Shown one piece after another: positions 41,696-52,069 of a DNA stretch of 64,000 nt. The position numbers and the translations under genes are program-made. Under the pieces are notes generated by a model. That model worked only from the letters and a program-made list of their open reading frames with translations, was not told where the DNA came from and searched no databases. Source of the DNA: Laetmonice hystrix (taxonomy: Eukaryota); assembly GCA_965235115.1 (NCBI GenBank), contig OZ249436.1, positions 29,450,001 to 29,514,000 on the forward strand, written 5' to 3'. The number at the start of each line of letters is the position of its first letter. The first letter of the stretch is position 1.

Positions 41696-43639
41696 GCGTG
41701 AGGCGGGCGCCAAAACGCCCGGGCACCCGCCAGTGATACATTTTTACAGAGATCCTTGCAGGAAGAGTAAGGCGAAATGTGAAAGTATCAAACACCAAGT
41801 ACTATAATAGGCTAACGTATATAAATTATTATGAGAATATTAATGCGTGACTTTTGCGGGAAGTTGTGCAGGCTTTGCACCGGCGCACTTATAGCAAGAA
41901 CTAGCATCACTATGATCATAGAGTCTATATTGAATGTAGACTCTATGCTATGATAGAATTCGCTTGTTGTGCATACGCATGCGTGACTGTATATCCTAAA
42001 TAAAAGTCATCAGTATTCTGACTCGCTTTGCAAATTGACGCTATAAAACAATAAGAATGAAAAAAGAAAGGAAGAAAGAAAGATAGAATGAATGAAAGAA
42101 AAAAAACACAAAAGAAAGATAGAAGAGGAGGAAAAGAAAGAAAGAAACATTTTTTGTGGTGGGTGGGCAAGACCACTGAACCATTTCTAATCTCAGTCCA
42201 ACCAGCGAGAGCGGATAAGGTAATATGAACTTGAATTCTTACCCGTCATCAATAATACACGCCATGAACTGTAATACACATACACATGTAATCAATCGTG
42301 CCATGAAAGGAACGAATTAAACATTGAAAACTGTGCTCCGCGGGCAGACGCCGAGAACATATTTCACATGTATAACTAAAACCTGTTTGTCTGCATGTCT
42401 AAAGGCGAAAACCTGAAGAATATATTTGGTGTCGATGGTACTCGCATCGATAAAAACAGCCCTCGCAGGCGCTGGCGAGGGCTAACGATATGATGGTGGC
42501 AATGATACAGGCACGCGGCATTGCTGAAAGGGTGACAGAAATGGTATTGCCATAAAGTCCCGCGAGGGCCCAGCATCTAGTGTCTACGAGTGGACCGTCC
42601 TTTGTGCTCGCCTAGCTTGTCTAAAATATTTAGATTGAAGGCCGCGCGCGTGCCCAAACCGGGGGTAGTCTCAACCCACAAGGAATTGCACATTCGGGGA
42701 GTATGACTTTATGTACCTTTGTTCAAAACGAAACATAACAGACTGCAAGAGACAGGGCTTGTGAAACGGGACAAAGGCGTAATTAGGCGGAACGAGGCGG
42801 ATTAAGAGCAAAGCTCCGCGTCCGGATCATTAAAGAACAAAATGGCCTTCCAAACGTTGATGTCATCAACAGCGGGGCCTCGCCACGACTGCACTGACTT
42901 TCTAGTTGTTCCCATGCAAAAGTCAGCGGGCCATGAAGTTGTCAATCTTGCGGGTTAAAGGGTCGATTGCATGGAGAGAACTGTTGGCAAGAGGCGCGCG
43001 ACGTGCTTGTGCTTGACGGGCTAGCGGAGCGTGAGCAACGCTCGTCATCCTTTGTTGGCTCCACTCGACAAAGGTTGGCTCGTGAAATAAACATGGAAGT
43101 GCCCGTCTGTGGCCAGTGATCCCGAACGATGTTCTTGGTATAATTAAATGCACGGCCGAGCCTGGCACGCGCTTTGAGCGCGGGGGTGGGGGGTGGGGTG
43201 GATATAGGGATCGGCGTGGGGTAGGGGGCCGGGTGAGGGTGGTGAAGGGGTTTAGAATTGAGGTGGGGTAGTAGGGGACGCGGATAGTATCATGATTTGG
43301 TAAGACAAGTATTATATCAGTTTATGTATGGTATAGTTTATTCTGCCATAGGAGGTAATTATGAAGTGTTAAACCTATAAACCGGTTTGCAGGATAAACC
43401 CAGGTATTTCAAAGGAACTATTAACGAACAGAACTTAGGAAACACCAAGTGGCTGCTCACCGTTTCTCTCTACCATGCGATTGTAACCGGAAATGTAACT
43501 TGAAACGATGGAAGAATGGTGCCAAGAAAAATCATTTGAATATTTTCACATTGCCCAGAAATTCGATTCCCCCTAATTGTGCCACTGACGTCATTTTTTT
43601 CTGAACTGGGTAATCGCTTGTCAATGTATGCACACGTGT

Positions 43640-43657
43640 GAATCTTTTTCTTTTTAG
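43640..43657 (+). other. Splice acceptor 43 nt upstream of the SKOR ATG (implies a non-coding first exon)
   Basis: ctttttctttttAG ending at 43657. The in-frame TAA between this site and the ATG excludes upstream coding sequence. Confidence 0.6.
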
Positions 43658-43700
43658 ATTTATCCTTGAGAGGTGTTTGGCGAAACACTAACGTTTTGAA

Positions 43701-45710
43701 ATGGAGAATTCATCGGCCATGATGGATGTGGCGAAAGCTGAGACTGATGTACGGGAAGTGACGTCACCAAGACTTCCGTCACCGGAGAATGTCGGGAGTC
43801 CCAAAACGATTGGCCCAGCCACAAGCACGGCACCCATCGTTCGGACGACAGAGGTCACGTCACCCGAACCCAGGCAAGACACTCCCAAACCAACCAAACC
43901 ACCGAAAAACCACCACCACCAACAACCACCACCACAACCGTTTGTACGCCAGAATACGGTCGGAAGCGTGATGCTTGCAGGGGTAAATATAGTTTCCCTG
44001 GTGATCGACGGGAAAGAGAGGTTGTGCCTCGCGCAGATCTCGAACACGCTGTTGAAGGCTTACAGTTACAACGAGATTCACAATCGTCGCGTCGCGCTAG
44101 GAATCACGTGCGTACAATGTACTCCCGTTCAGCTCGAGATCTTACGACGCGCAGGCGCGATGCCTGTTTCCTCCCGACGCTGCGGGATGATCACGAAGCG
44201 CGAGGCCGAACGTCTCGTTAAGTCGTTCCTCGAGGATACATGCCCCCCGAGACTTCCAGACAACTTCTCGTTCGACGTCAGCCACGAGTGTGGGTGGGGA
44301 GGCCGGGGAAGCTTCATCCCTTCCCGTTACAACAGCTCACGCGCCAAATGCATCAAATGTTCGTTCTGTAACATGTTCTTCTCGCCAAACAAGTTCATTT
44401 TTCACTATCACCGCACGCCGGAATCCAAGTACAACCACCCGGACGCAGCCAACTTCAACTCATGGCGTCGCCATTTGAAGCTATCAGATGAACATCCGGG
44501 CGAAGACCTGCTCCACGCATGGGAAGACGTCAAGGCCATGTTCAACGGGGGAAGTCGGAAACGAGTGCTGAACTCGCACATACAGTCTCATCACCACTCC
44601 AGGTCGCACTCGCCCAGCAGTTCAACCCCACAACATTCCCTGTCACATCCATCTCGATCACCCTCCTCCATATCCCAGCCTTCTCCCGATTACTGTAAGA
44701 GACCCAAGATGGACTCGGAGCGCTTACCGTCCCCCGGATGTCAGATGCCACCAGTAACGTCCCAGAATCAGCAGCAGGCCGGCTTCCAGTATCCGGTGTT
44801 CCCGGTGCCAAACAAGGTCGTCCCCATGAAGTCTGTACCAGCCCACCCAGCCTTTACCGTACCTTTTTCCTACGACAAACCCCTTCCAGAGGGTCAGGCC
44901 GTTATGAAGGCGACCCACCCCGGGCCCTGGCCTAGCAGTATACCAGACACTTACTACCCGCCCTACGAAATGATCTGGGCCAAGCACCTTGGACTGACCG
45001 CTCCAGAGACGAGCTTCGCCCACAGGACCCTAACGATTGGGACTCATGGCGACCCCGGCGCAGTGTCCCCTAGAGGACACCACCCGGTTCTAAGTCCGTC
45101 AAGCAGCCGAGACGGACGTCAGAGCGTCGACACGTCCTGCGGCGAGGAACCAATGAGATGTGGCGACATGAATGACGTCAGTTACCAGATGACGTTTGTC
45201 ACGGGAGACGAGAACGACAGAAAGCGCCACCTCTCGGCCTTCAAACCAGTCGCTCACAAATATTCTCATCACGAGTTCGACTCGTGCTCCGAGAGATTGC
45301 GAGAGGAAATGTCTGAGGCTTCGACCGAGGCTGACTTCCGGGAGGAAAGCGAGGCTGGTAGTGACAACGAGGAAGTTGACGTAGATACCGTGGAGGAGGG
45401 CGTCGACTTCAAAATCAGAATGTACAAAACTGACGAACAACTGGAAGAAAACAACAATGACCCTACAACTACCTGCGACGACGCTAAACAAGAGCCGACC
45501 CACAACACCTCAGATCGTATGGAACAAGGACGAAATGAATCCAAGTCTGATGCCTTAAACCAAACTGCACCTCTTGTACTCAAGGCACCCGCAAGTCCGG
45601 CATCGATGACAGGAAGCGTAACTAGCACTGCGTCTCATGCTCACGATCTTCCCGACGACCAAGGGAAGTCGGACCGGAACCAAGCAAGGCCAACAATAAC
45701 ACAAAGACTC
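43701..45710 (+). CDS. SKOR: SKOR coding exon 1 (670 codons; Ski/Sno and SAND domains)
   Basis: ATG at 43701 with an in-frame TAA at 43689-43691. Phase-0 GTAAGT donor at 45711. The ORF track reads on to 45881 through the intron. Confidence 0.93.
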
Positions 45711-48700
45711 GTAAGTATTGCATTTTCATTTCACGCACACGACCAAATAAATTACCCGCGTAAATTGATGGCGACGATCAAATTCGGCTCCTTGATCATA
45801 TTGAATGAAATACACCTCTGCTGCGCTCGGTACGTCTATCCTCCCGGGGCCAGAGAACTCCTGCGAGCGTCAGTTTTCTAAATGGCAAACATCACAAGAT
45901 GTGACAGGCAATAGCTTATTACCAAGCCGGCCAGGCCTGAGGCAGAGACCGACTCTAAGACAGAGGACTGCCTTACTGGTAATTTGTCAATTATGTTTTA
46001 ACGGACCGTTAGATTCCAACAGACACGCACGGTTCGCGAGAGTCCGCCCTAGGTTACCGAAACACATTCTCGTGAATTGTGAATCACTTATCTTAATAAG
46101 GCGCTCATTATTTATTTATATTTACCTTGTCAGCGGCGATTTGTAAAGTACTTTTGTCGCACCACGACTCGGCAAGCTTAAATAGTATGCGTTACAGACT
46201 ACGATGAAATATTGATAGGAAGTGAACAATGCTAGGTAATGTTTGACAGGGGATGCGTGTGAAGGCGGGGGCTGGAATTACAGTGGCCGGCGGGTGATGG
46301 ACAAGTTATCGTGAATCAATCGACCGGTACTTAATGACTTCCACTTCGCGCAGGCGCAGCACGAGAACGCCGCATTAAACAATTGTTCATTTCGCAGTCG
46401 CCTTCATTTCCTTTGCGTTCCTTGCGTGCTTACAAAGTCTGCGTTCAGAGAAAAAGCTCATGCCGGCATTTTTGGGACGCTCTTGAAACATAACAATTTA
46501 CGCCGTCGATTATTCCACTGTAGATAATCTTACTTGATGTACCCATATATAGAACGCTGGATTATTAACCGGGCCCCCTCGTCCGGAACAGTTTCCCTGG
46601 AAACACTGTGTTAATTTGGCGACTGTATCATGTATGCGAATCCCAATTTCATTACGGAGTAATGCACACTTGTCTCAAAAGATTTCATTAAAGGAAACAC
46701 AGATATGATCACTTAAACATAAAAACTATTTTAATATCAAAAGAACAGATGCGTGATAGTTAAGCCTGATCATAGCACTCGATTGCATATTGCCGGCATG
46801 CCATGTTGCAATTTCCGCTAACCCTTCAAATAGCAATCCTGGTATGGTATGCAAATTTAACTCTGCTAATCCAATCAGTTCCGGGATTAAGCATTTATAT
46901 AATCCACCCTTTCATGTAATAAGAGTATTTTGTAATTAAACACCCCAGTCTTTTAATCATCTCTAACTGCATGTTAACTATGTGTAACTAATCATTCAGA
47001 GGTATTAAAGGGTGGTTCAGTTTGTTCTATTGAATTCTGAAGGATCTATCGTGTCTATGCTGACAGATCCCGAGCCCCACGGCTGGTGTGACAGCAGTGT
47101 TCAAGCCAACGTCCCCCACCGTCGAAGGTAAGGATAATCTCATTAATTTAGACAGCGACATCCCGCCGACATAATTGGGTCTCGGCGTGGAAAGGGAAGC
47201 CACAGCGATCATCGCTAAACCCTCGGCACCAAAGGCTCGTTCGTTCTTTGCATGTATTACTCGGGGATGTAGACTCGACATGCACAAACCAACGGACAAT
47301 AGAAATTATGATTTAATTGGATCAAGGTACAGGGAGCCTCACAAATGAACAGCTAGGCGTGCAAGGACAAACTTCACGGTTCTTTTCGTTGTTTACGTAA
47401 TGAGAGATCTTTATGGATCAACGTTTACCATATTCTTGGTTTCATACGTTTTAAAAGTTCCTTTGTTATTTAACGAGTTAAATCTTGCCGGTGAATGGGA
47501 CAAGTCGACAGGATCACATTTCCTTGTCCCAATTGTGTTTTCCACGTCTAGATAACTTGTTAATTGAATGCAAATTAAAAGATGAACATGGTCTTGCAGG
47601 CCACGAGGAGAGGGAGTCGGCACTACTCAAGGACTTGGCCTCACTGACTAAAGGTAACCACGTCACTACAAACTCGAGTCCCCTATTTGCATTTTGAGGA
47701 GGGATCATTCATTATTTCAATTGACAATGTAATTACGAATCAATTACAACGAGTCCTTGATGGGAGACGACATGTAATTCTTTCTGAATTGTTATGTAAA
47801 CGTTTACATTCGGCGTATTTCCGTCGATCAGCGTCGGTGCCACCCTGTTAATGGTATGGTAATAGAGCCTCGGTTGCATTGAATCAGGCCGCTAATGTCA
47901 TTGACAACTAGAAACGAGGGGCTATGGCTAAGAAGGCTGGATAATGAGGTAAAATACTCAAATCCACATGAGGGAGGCGGGGAGGGGTCGCCGACTGCCC
48001 GGATTGACCGCGGACTCGACCAAAGTGACTAACAGGGCTTTAGTTCATGACTATATTAACTTTCCGATGGTACTTGCGGTAATAACTCCAGCACATCTGG
48101 ACATTTGACAATAGTCAGGGTGACTAATGCGTATTCTATTGACGACTGTATCTTGGGGAACACCAGTTGAAACCGTCTGACTCAGTGACAACAGAACAAT
48201 GTGTATATATTAAACCGGATTTTCCTTTTGTCTGTGCACACAGATGATCTACGCGAGGAACTGGTACAAGAAATTCGTGTCCGAAAGAAGATTGAGGATG
48301 ACTGTCGTATGATAAAAGGTCAGCATAATATTACCAGAGACGCACCGTGAAATGATCTGCTATATATTATAGGGTGATTAAATACAGACCTGAGAATTAG
48401 GTTCTATAAGCCATCCTTTCACTTTTTTGAGCTATTGGCGATTAAATCTTTACCATTGCATCAATTATGCAGATATACAAGAATTTTTAGGGCAAAACAA
48501 TTAAAAGCATATTAATATTTCTGCCAACCCAGCGAAATCTATATAAAAGAGACATACATGTATTCAAATAGAACCTCAGTGTGGCTGGAATCGAACGGCA
48601 TGCATAACCCAAATTTAAACTGAATGTCACTTCAGCCCCAGTAATTTTCATTTATCGTATTTTTATATAACAGAATAAATAAGATGATTACATAAAGTTG

Positions 48701-51025
48701 GGAGGTCTTAAAAAAAACTCGATCTGCGCTTGCACTGAACCCTCAAAGATAGGGTGTCTTAAGTCATACGGCAAACTTCATCTCCATATTTCATCACCAC
48801 TGCCGTGTTTCATTAGAAGATGTATATCATCATAGGTCCCCTTGGAACCTAATTGGGGCAATATTATGTGAAGATGCAGGGTGATTATCTGTTTATATTA
48901 ACCGACGATCCGTCTGACATTAGAGGGCTGTCAGTGATAATCTTCTGGTCTATTTGTCTTCATACAGAAACTTTCCAAGAACAGGTTAAGCGAGAGTTGG
49001 CTTACCGGGAGGAGATGGCCAAACAACTACAGGTTGTCCGAGGTAAGATAGGTGTCTTCATACAGAAACTTTCCAAGAACAGGTTAAGCGAGAGTTGGCT
49101 TACCGGGAGGAGAGGGCTAAACAACTACAGGTTGTCCGAGGTAAGATAGGTGTCTTCATATAGAAACTTTCCCAGATTCAGGTTAAGCGAGAGTTGGCTT
49201 ACCGGTAGGAGATGGCCAAACAACTACAGGTTGTCCGAGGTAAGATAGGTGTCTTCATACAGAAACTTTCCAAGATTCAGGTTAAGCGAGAGTTGGCTTA
49301 CCGGGAGGAGATGGCCAAACAACTACAGGTTGTCCGAGGTAAGATAGGTGTCTTCATACAGAAACTTTCCAAGAACAGGTTAAGCGAGAGTTGGCTTACC
49401 GGGAGGAGATGGCTAAACAACTACAGGTTGTCCGAGGTAAGATAGGTGTCTTCATACAGAAACTTTCCCAGATTCAGGTTAAGCGAGAGTTGGCTTACCG
49501 GGAGGAGATGGCTAAACAACTACAGGTTGTCCGAGGTAAGATAGGTGTCTTCATACAGAAACTTTCCAAGATTCAGGTTAAGCGAGAGTTGGCTTACCGG
49601 GAGGAGATGGCCAAACAACTACAGGTTGTCCGAGGTAAGATAGGTGTCTTCATACAGAAACTTTCCAAGAACAGGTTTAGTGAGAGTTACCGGGAGGAGA
49701 TGGCCAAACAACTACAGGTTGTTCGAGGAAAGATAGGTGTCTTCATACAGAAACTTTCCAAGATTCAGGTTAAGCGAGAGTTGGCTTACCGGGAGGAGAT
49801 GGCCAAACAACTACAGGTTGTCCGAGGTAAGATAGGTGTCTTCATACAGAAACTTTCCAAGAACAGGTTTAGTGAGAGTAACCGGGAGGAGATGGCCAAA
49901 CAACTACAGGTTGTTCGAGGAAAGATAGGTGTCTTCATACAGAAACTTTCCCAGATTCAGGTTAAGCGAGAGTTGGCTTACCGGGAGGAGATGGCCAAAC
50001 AACTACAGGTTGTCCGAGGTAAGATAGGTGTCTTCATACAGAAACTTTCCAAGAACAGGTTTAGTGAGAGTTACCGGGAGGAGATGGCCAAACAACTACA
50101 GGTTGTTCGAGGAAAGATAGGTGTCTTCATACAGAAACTTTCCCAGATTCAGGTTAAGCGAGAGTTGGCCAACCAATTACAGTTGTCCGAGGTATAGTTG
50201 CTGGTGTCAGATCGGGATGCTATTAATCAGTTTTAACAGACTCAACATGTTTTGTTTTTGTAAACACGGGAGCTACACAGGTCCGGGGTGTCCTAAACCT
50301 TGGTTAAATGTATTCTGGGGGATATAATTTTTAAATGTGGTCGGGGGGGGACCTACACCAGTGAACCAATTCAGTCTGATAGTACGCATGATCAATCATT
50401 CGCCATTCAACGTTTAAAAAGGTGTTATATAAATAAAGTAGTGATGTAGTCAATTAAGATTTTATAATAAAAATATAAATCCGTTATCCTGTAATGACAA
50501 GTGAATGTTTAATATCCATATTTCTTAATCGTATTTTTTCATTGTTATACAGAAACCTTATGTCATGAGTTGGACCAGGAAAGGAAAGTGCGATTTTCCC
50601 TGCAGCAGAAATTAAAAGGTATTTATCACTTTGATTTATCCAAAACTTATTCTTTCACGTACTTTCCTTGGTTTCCAGTTCTCTTTGCTGACTGGAAGAA
50701 TTAACAGAGCTATTGCGTTAAGACAATCGTACATATTAAATAGTACTATTAGATGCCAATGTACGGTGCTCCATCAATTCCAGTTGACTATACATAAATT
50801 CAGTACGCTATTTTCATAAGCCCATATTAACATACAAAGTCTTAAACATAACCACCTATACATATTAATCGGTATAGACGTTTCATGCCTGTGCATACAC
50901 TGTAGTCTAATTATAATATGTCTCTTTCAGAAGCCCACGACGCTCTGCACAACTTCTCGTGTAAGATGCTCGCCTCTCGCCAGTGTTCCGAGTGCAGCTT
51001 TAAGGAACCAATGATGCCACGATGA
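43701..51025 (+). CDS. SKOR: SKI family transcriptional corepressor (SKOR1/2, Fussel/Corl orthologue); spliced CDS span, 7 coding exons, 827 aa
   Basis: Contains a Ski/Sno/Dac domain (LVIDGKERLCLAQISNTLL...RRCGMITKREAERL) and a SAND-like SMAD4-binding region (HECGWGGRGSFIPSRYNSSRAKCIKC...FSPNKFIFHYHR). Also has the SKOR-specific PDAANFNSWRRHLKL and WEDVKAMFNGGSRKR motifs and the C-terminal QVKRELAYREEM...ELDQERK...EAHDALHNFSCKML coiled coil. Exon phases are consistent and the exons sum to 2484 nt = 828 codons including the stop. Confidence 0.95.
47067..47127 (+). CDS. SKOR: SKOR coding exon 2 (IPSPTAGVTAVFKPTSPTVE), inferred
   Basis: tgacAG acceptor at 47065-47066 and GTAAGG donor at 47128. 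The 61-nt exon supplies the phase 0-to-1 change needed between exon 1 and exon 3. There is no homology support. Confidence 0.62.
47552..47653 (+). CDS. SKOR: SKOR coding exon 3 (DNLLIECK...KDLASLTK)
   Basis: Pyrimidine-rich acceptor ending tctAG at 47551 and GTAACC donor at 47654; 102 nt, phase 1-1. The KDLASLTK end resembles the residues preceding the vertebrate SKOR coiled coil (recalled from memory). Confidence 0.75.
48244..48318 (+). CDS. SKOR: SKOR coding exon 4 (DDLREELVQEIRVRKKIEDDCRMIK)
   Basis: tttccttttgtctgtgcacacAG acceptor and GTCAGC donor at 48319; 75 nt, phase 1-1. Matches the start of the SKOR coiled coil. Confidence 0.88.
48955..50191 (+). repeat. Tandem array of SKOR exon 5 plus 23-nt spacer; 13 copies, units of 98/99/93 bp
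   Basis: Copy starts at 48968, 49066, 49164, 49263, 49362, 49460, 49559, 49658, 49751, 49850, 49943, 50042 and 50135. The consensus spacer is gtaagataggtgtcttcatacag. Confidence 0.97.
48968..49042 (+). CDS. SKOR: SKOR coding exon 5, first copy (ETFQEQVKRELAYREEMAKQLQVVR)
   Basis: Carries the conserved KRELAYREEM motif; 75 nt, phase 1-1. It is the only copy in the array with a unique upstream pyrimidine tract. GTAAGA donor at 49043. Confidence 0.85.
50553..50618 (+). CDS. SKOR: SKOR coding exon 6 (ETLCHELDQERKVRFSLQQKLK)
   Basis: ttttttcattgttatacAG acceptor and GT donor at 50619; 66 nt, phase 1-1; conserved SKOR sequence. Confidence 0.92.
50931..51025 (+). CDS. SKOR: SKOR terminal coding exon 7 (EAHDALHNFSCKMLASRQCSECSFKEPMMPR*)
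   Basis: tctctttcAG acceptor and the conserved SKOR C-terminus. TGA at 51023-51025 is followed by a second stop, TAA. Confidence 0.92.
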
Positions 51026-52055
51026 TAAGTCACGTGATTTAGTCAATGTCACATTTCTCTCACCCACCACCACCACCACCGCCGCCACCAGCCCCACCTA
51101 CAGGATTAATTTATTTATTTTTCGTTAATAATCACCCATTGGACTGTTAAAGCATACAGAGGACTTTCAGCCCTTTGATTAGGCTTACACACTATGACAC
51201 ACGGGATAACGTAATGATAGAATGGAGTCAGTGCATACAATGCATAGAACATAATGGACATTTATATGCAGTTGTTTGAAGAACTGGTTGATGGTGTCGA
51301 CATCAAAGAGCACACTCCAACTGTGGTCAGTTCCTGAAGTCGCTTTACAGAGTATATAGAGAAGTAATGTGTGCCGTATACATGGTTATTCTCTAACAAA
51401 TGTATTTGTTGTGATACCATTATATATTCGTAAAGTACAGTCCTGATGTTTACAAGGAGAACTGGTATAATGTGTACAGCAGTGTATAGCTGTAAGATTA
51501 TGGGTGCTTTCATAGAAGTGAATGTTTTCAATTCGAGTAATAGTAAAATGGCTAACAAATATAAATCATAGGATTCTGAATGAAGTTCATGATATGCATG
51601 TAATATATATTATATATGTTATATTTGTTTACCCCATGTGAAACAAGCAGATATACAGGAAAGGGTTTAATTAAACCACGGAATTTAGGTGGCGGAGCGA
51701 GTTTCAAACATAGAGCGGGATGGGGCGAACAATGTTACTGAAGATGTTAGATCGGCTTGGGTTGGGAGGGGGGGGGGGGTTGTATCTGTATGTACATGTA
51801 TGTATGTTAATATATATTGTAAGAACATTTCCTACTTCTCTATCATATAGAGAGACACTATATAGAGAGTATTAATATTTTACATAACTATAATATGTCA
51901 CCTTGTACAGCTGTGTATAATAGAGATTGCAATAAACTACATCATTGGAAACACAACACCAGATTCGAAACAAACTATTTGTAGTCTGTGATTTTATTAC
52001 GATTTATGCCAAGTACTGTTAATTTATTAAACGTGCAGTAGCCTAAAGGAAGTTC

Positions 52056-52069
52056 AATAAATAATAAAT
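52056..52069 (+). terminator. Candidate polyadenylation signals of SKOR (about 1 kb 3' UTR)
   Basis: Tandem AATAAA at 52056 and 52064, with another at 51931, at the end of an AT-rich stretch after the stop codon. Confidence 0.45.

Noticed and set aside
43789-45628. Overlapping and antisense ORFs within SKOR exon 1
   Set aside because: Shadow ORFs of a GC-rich coding exon with no recognisable motifs.
45711-45881. C-terminal 56 residues of the 726-aa ORF
   Set aside because: They lie after a consensus GTAAGT donor and are non-conserved, while the conserved C-terminus is encoded by downstream exons. Treated as intron read-through.
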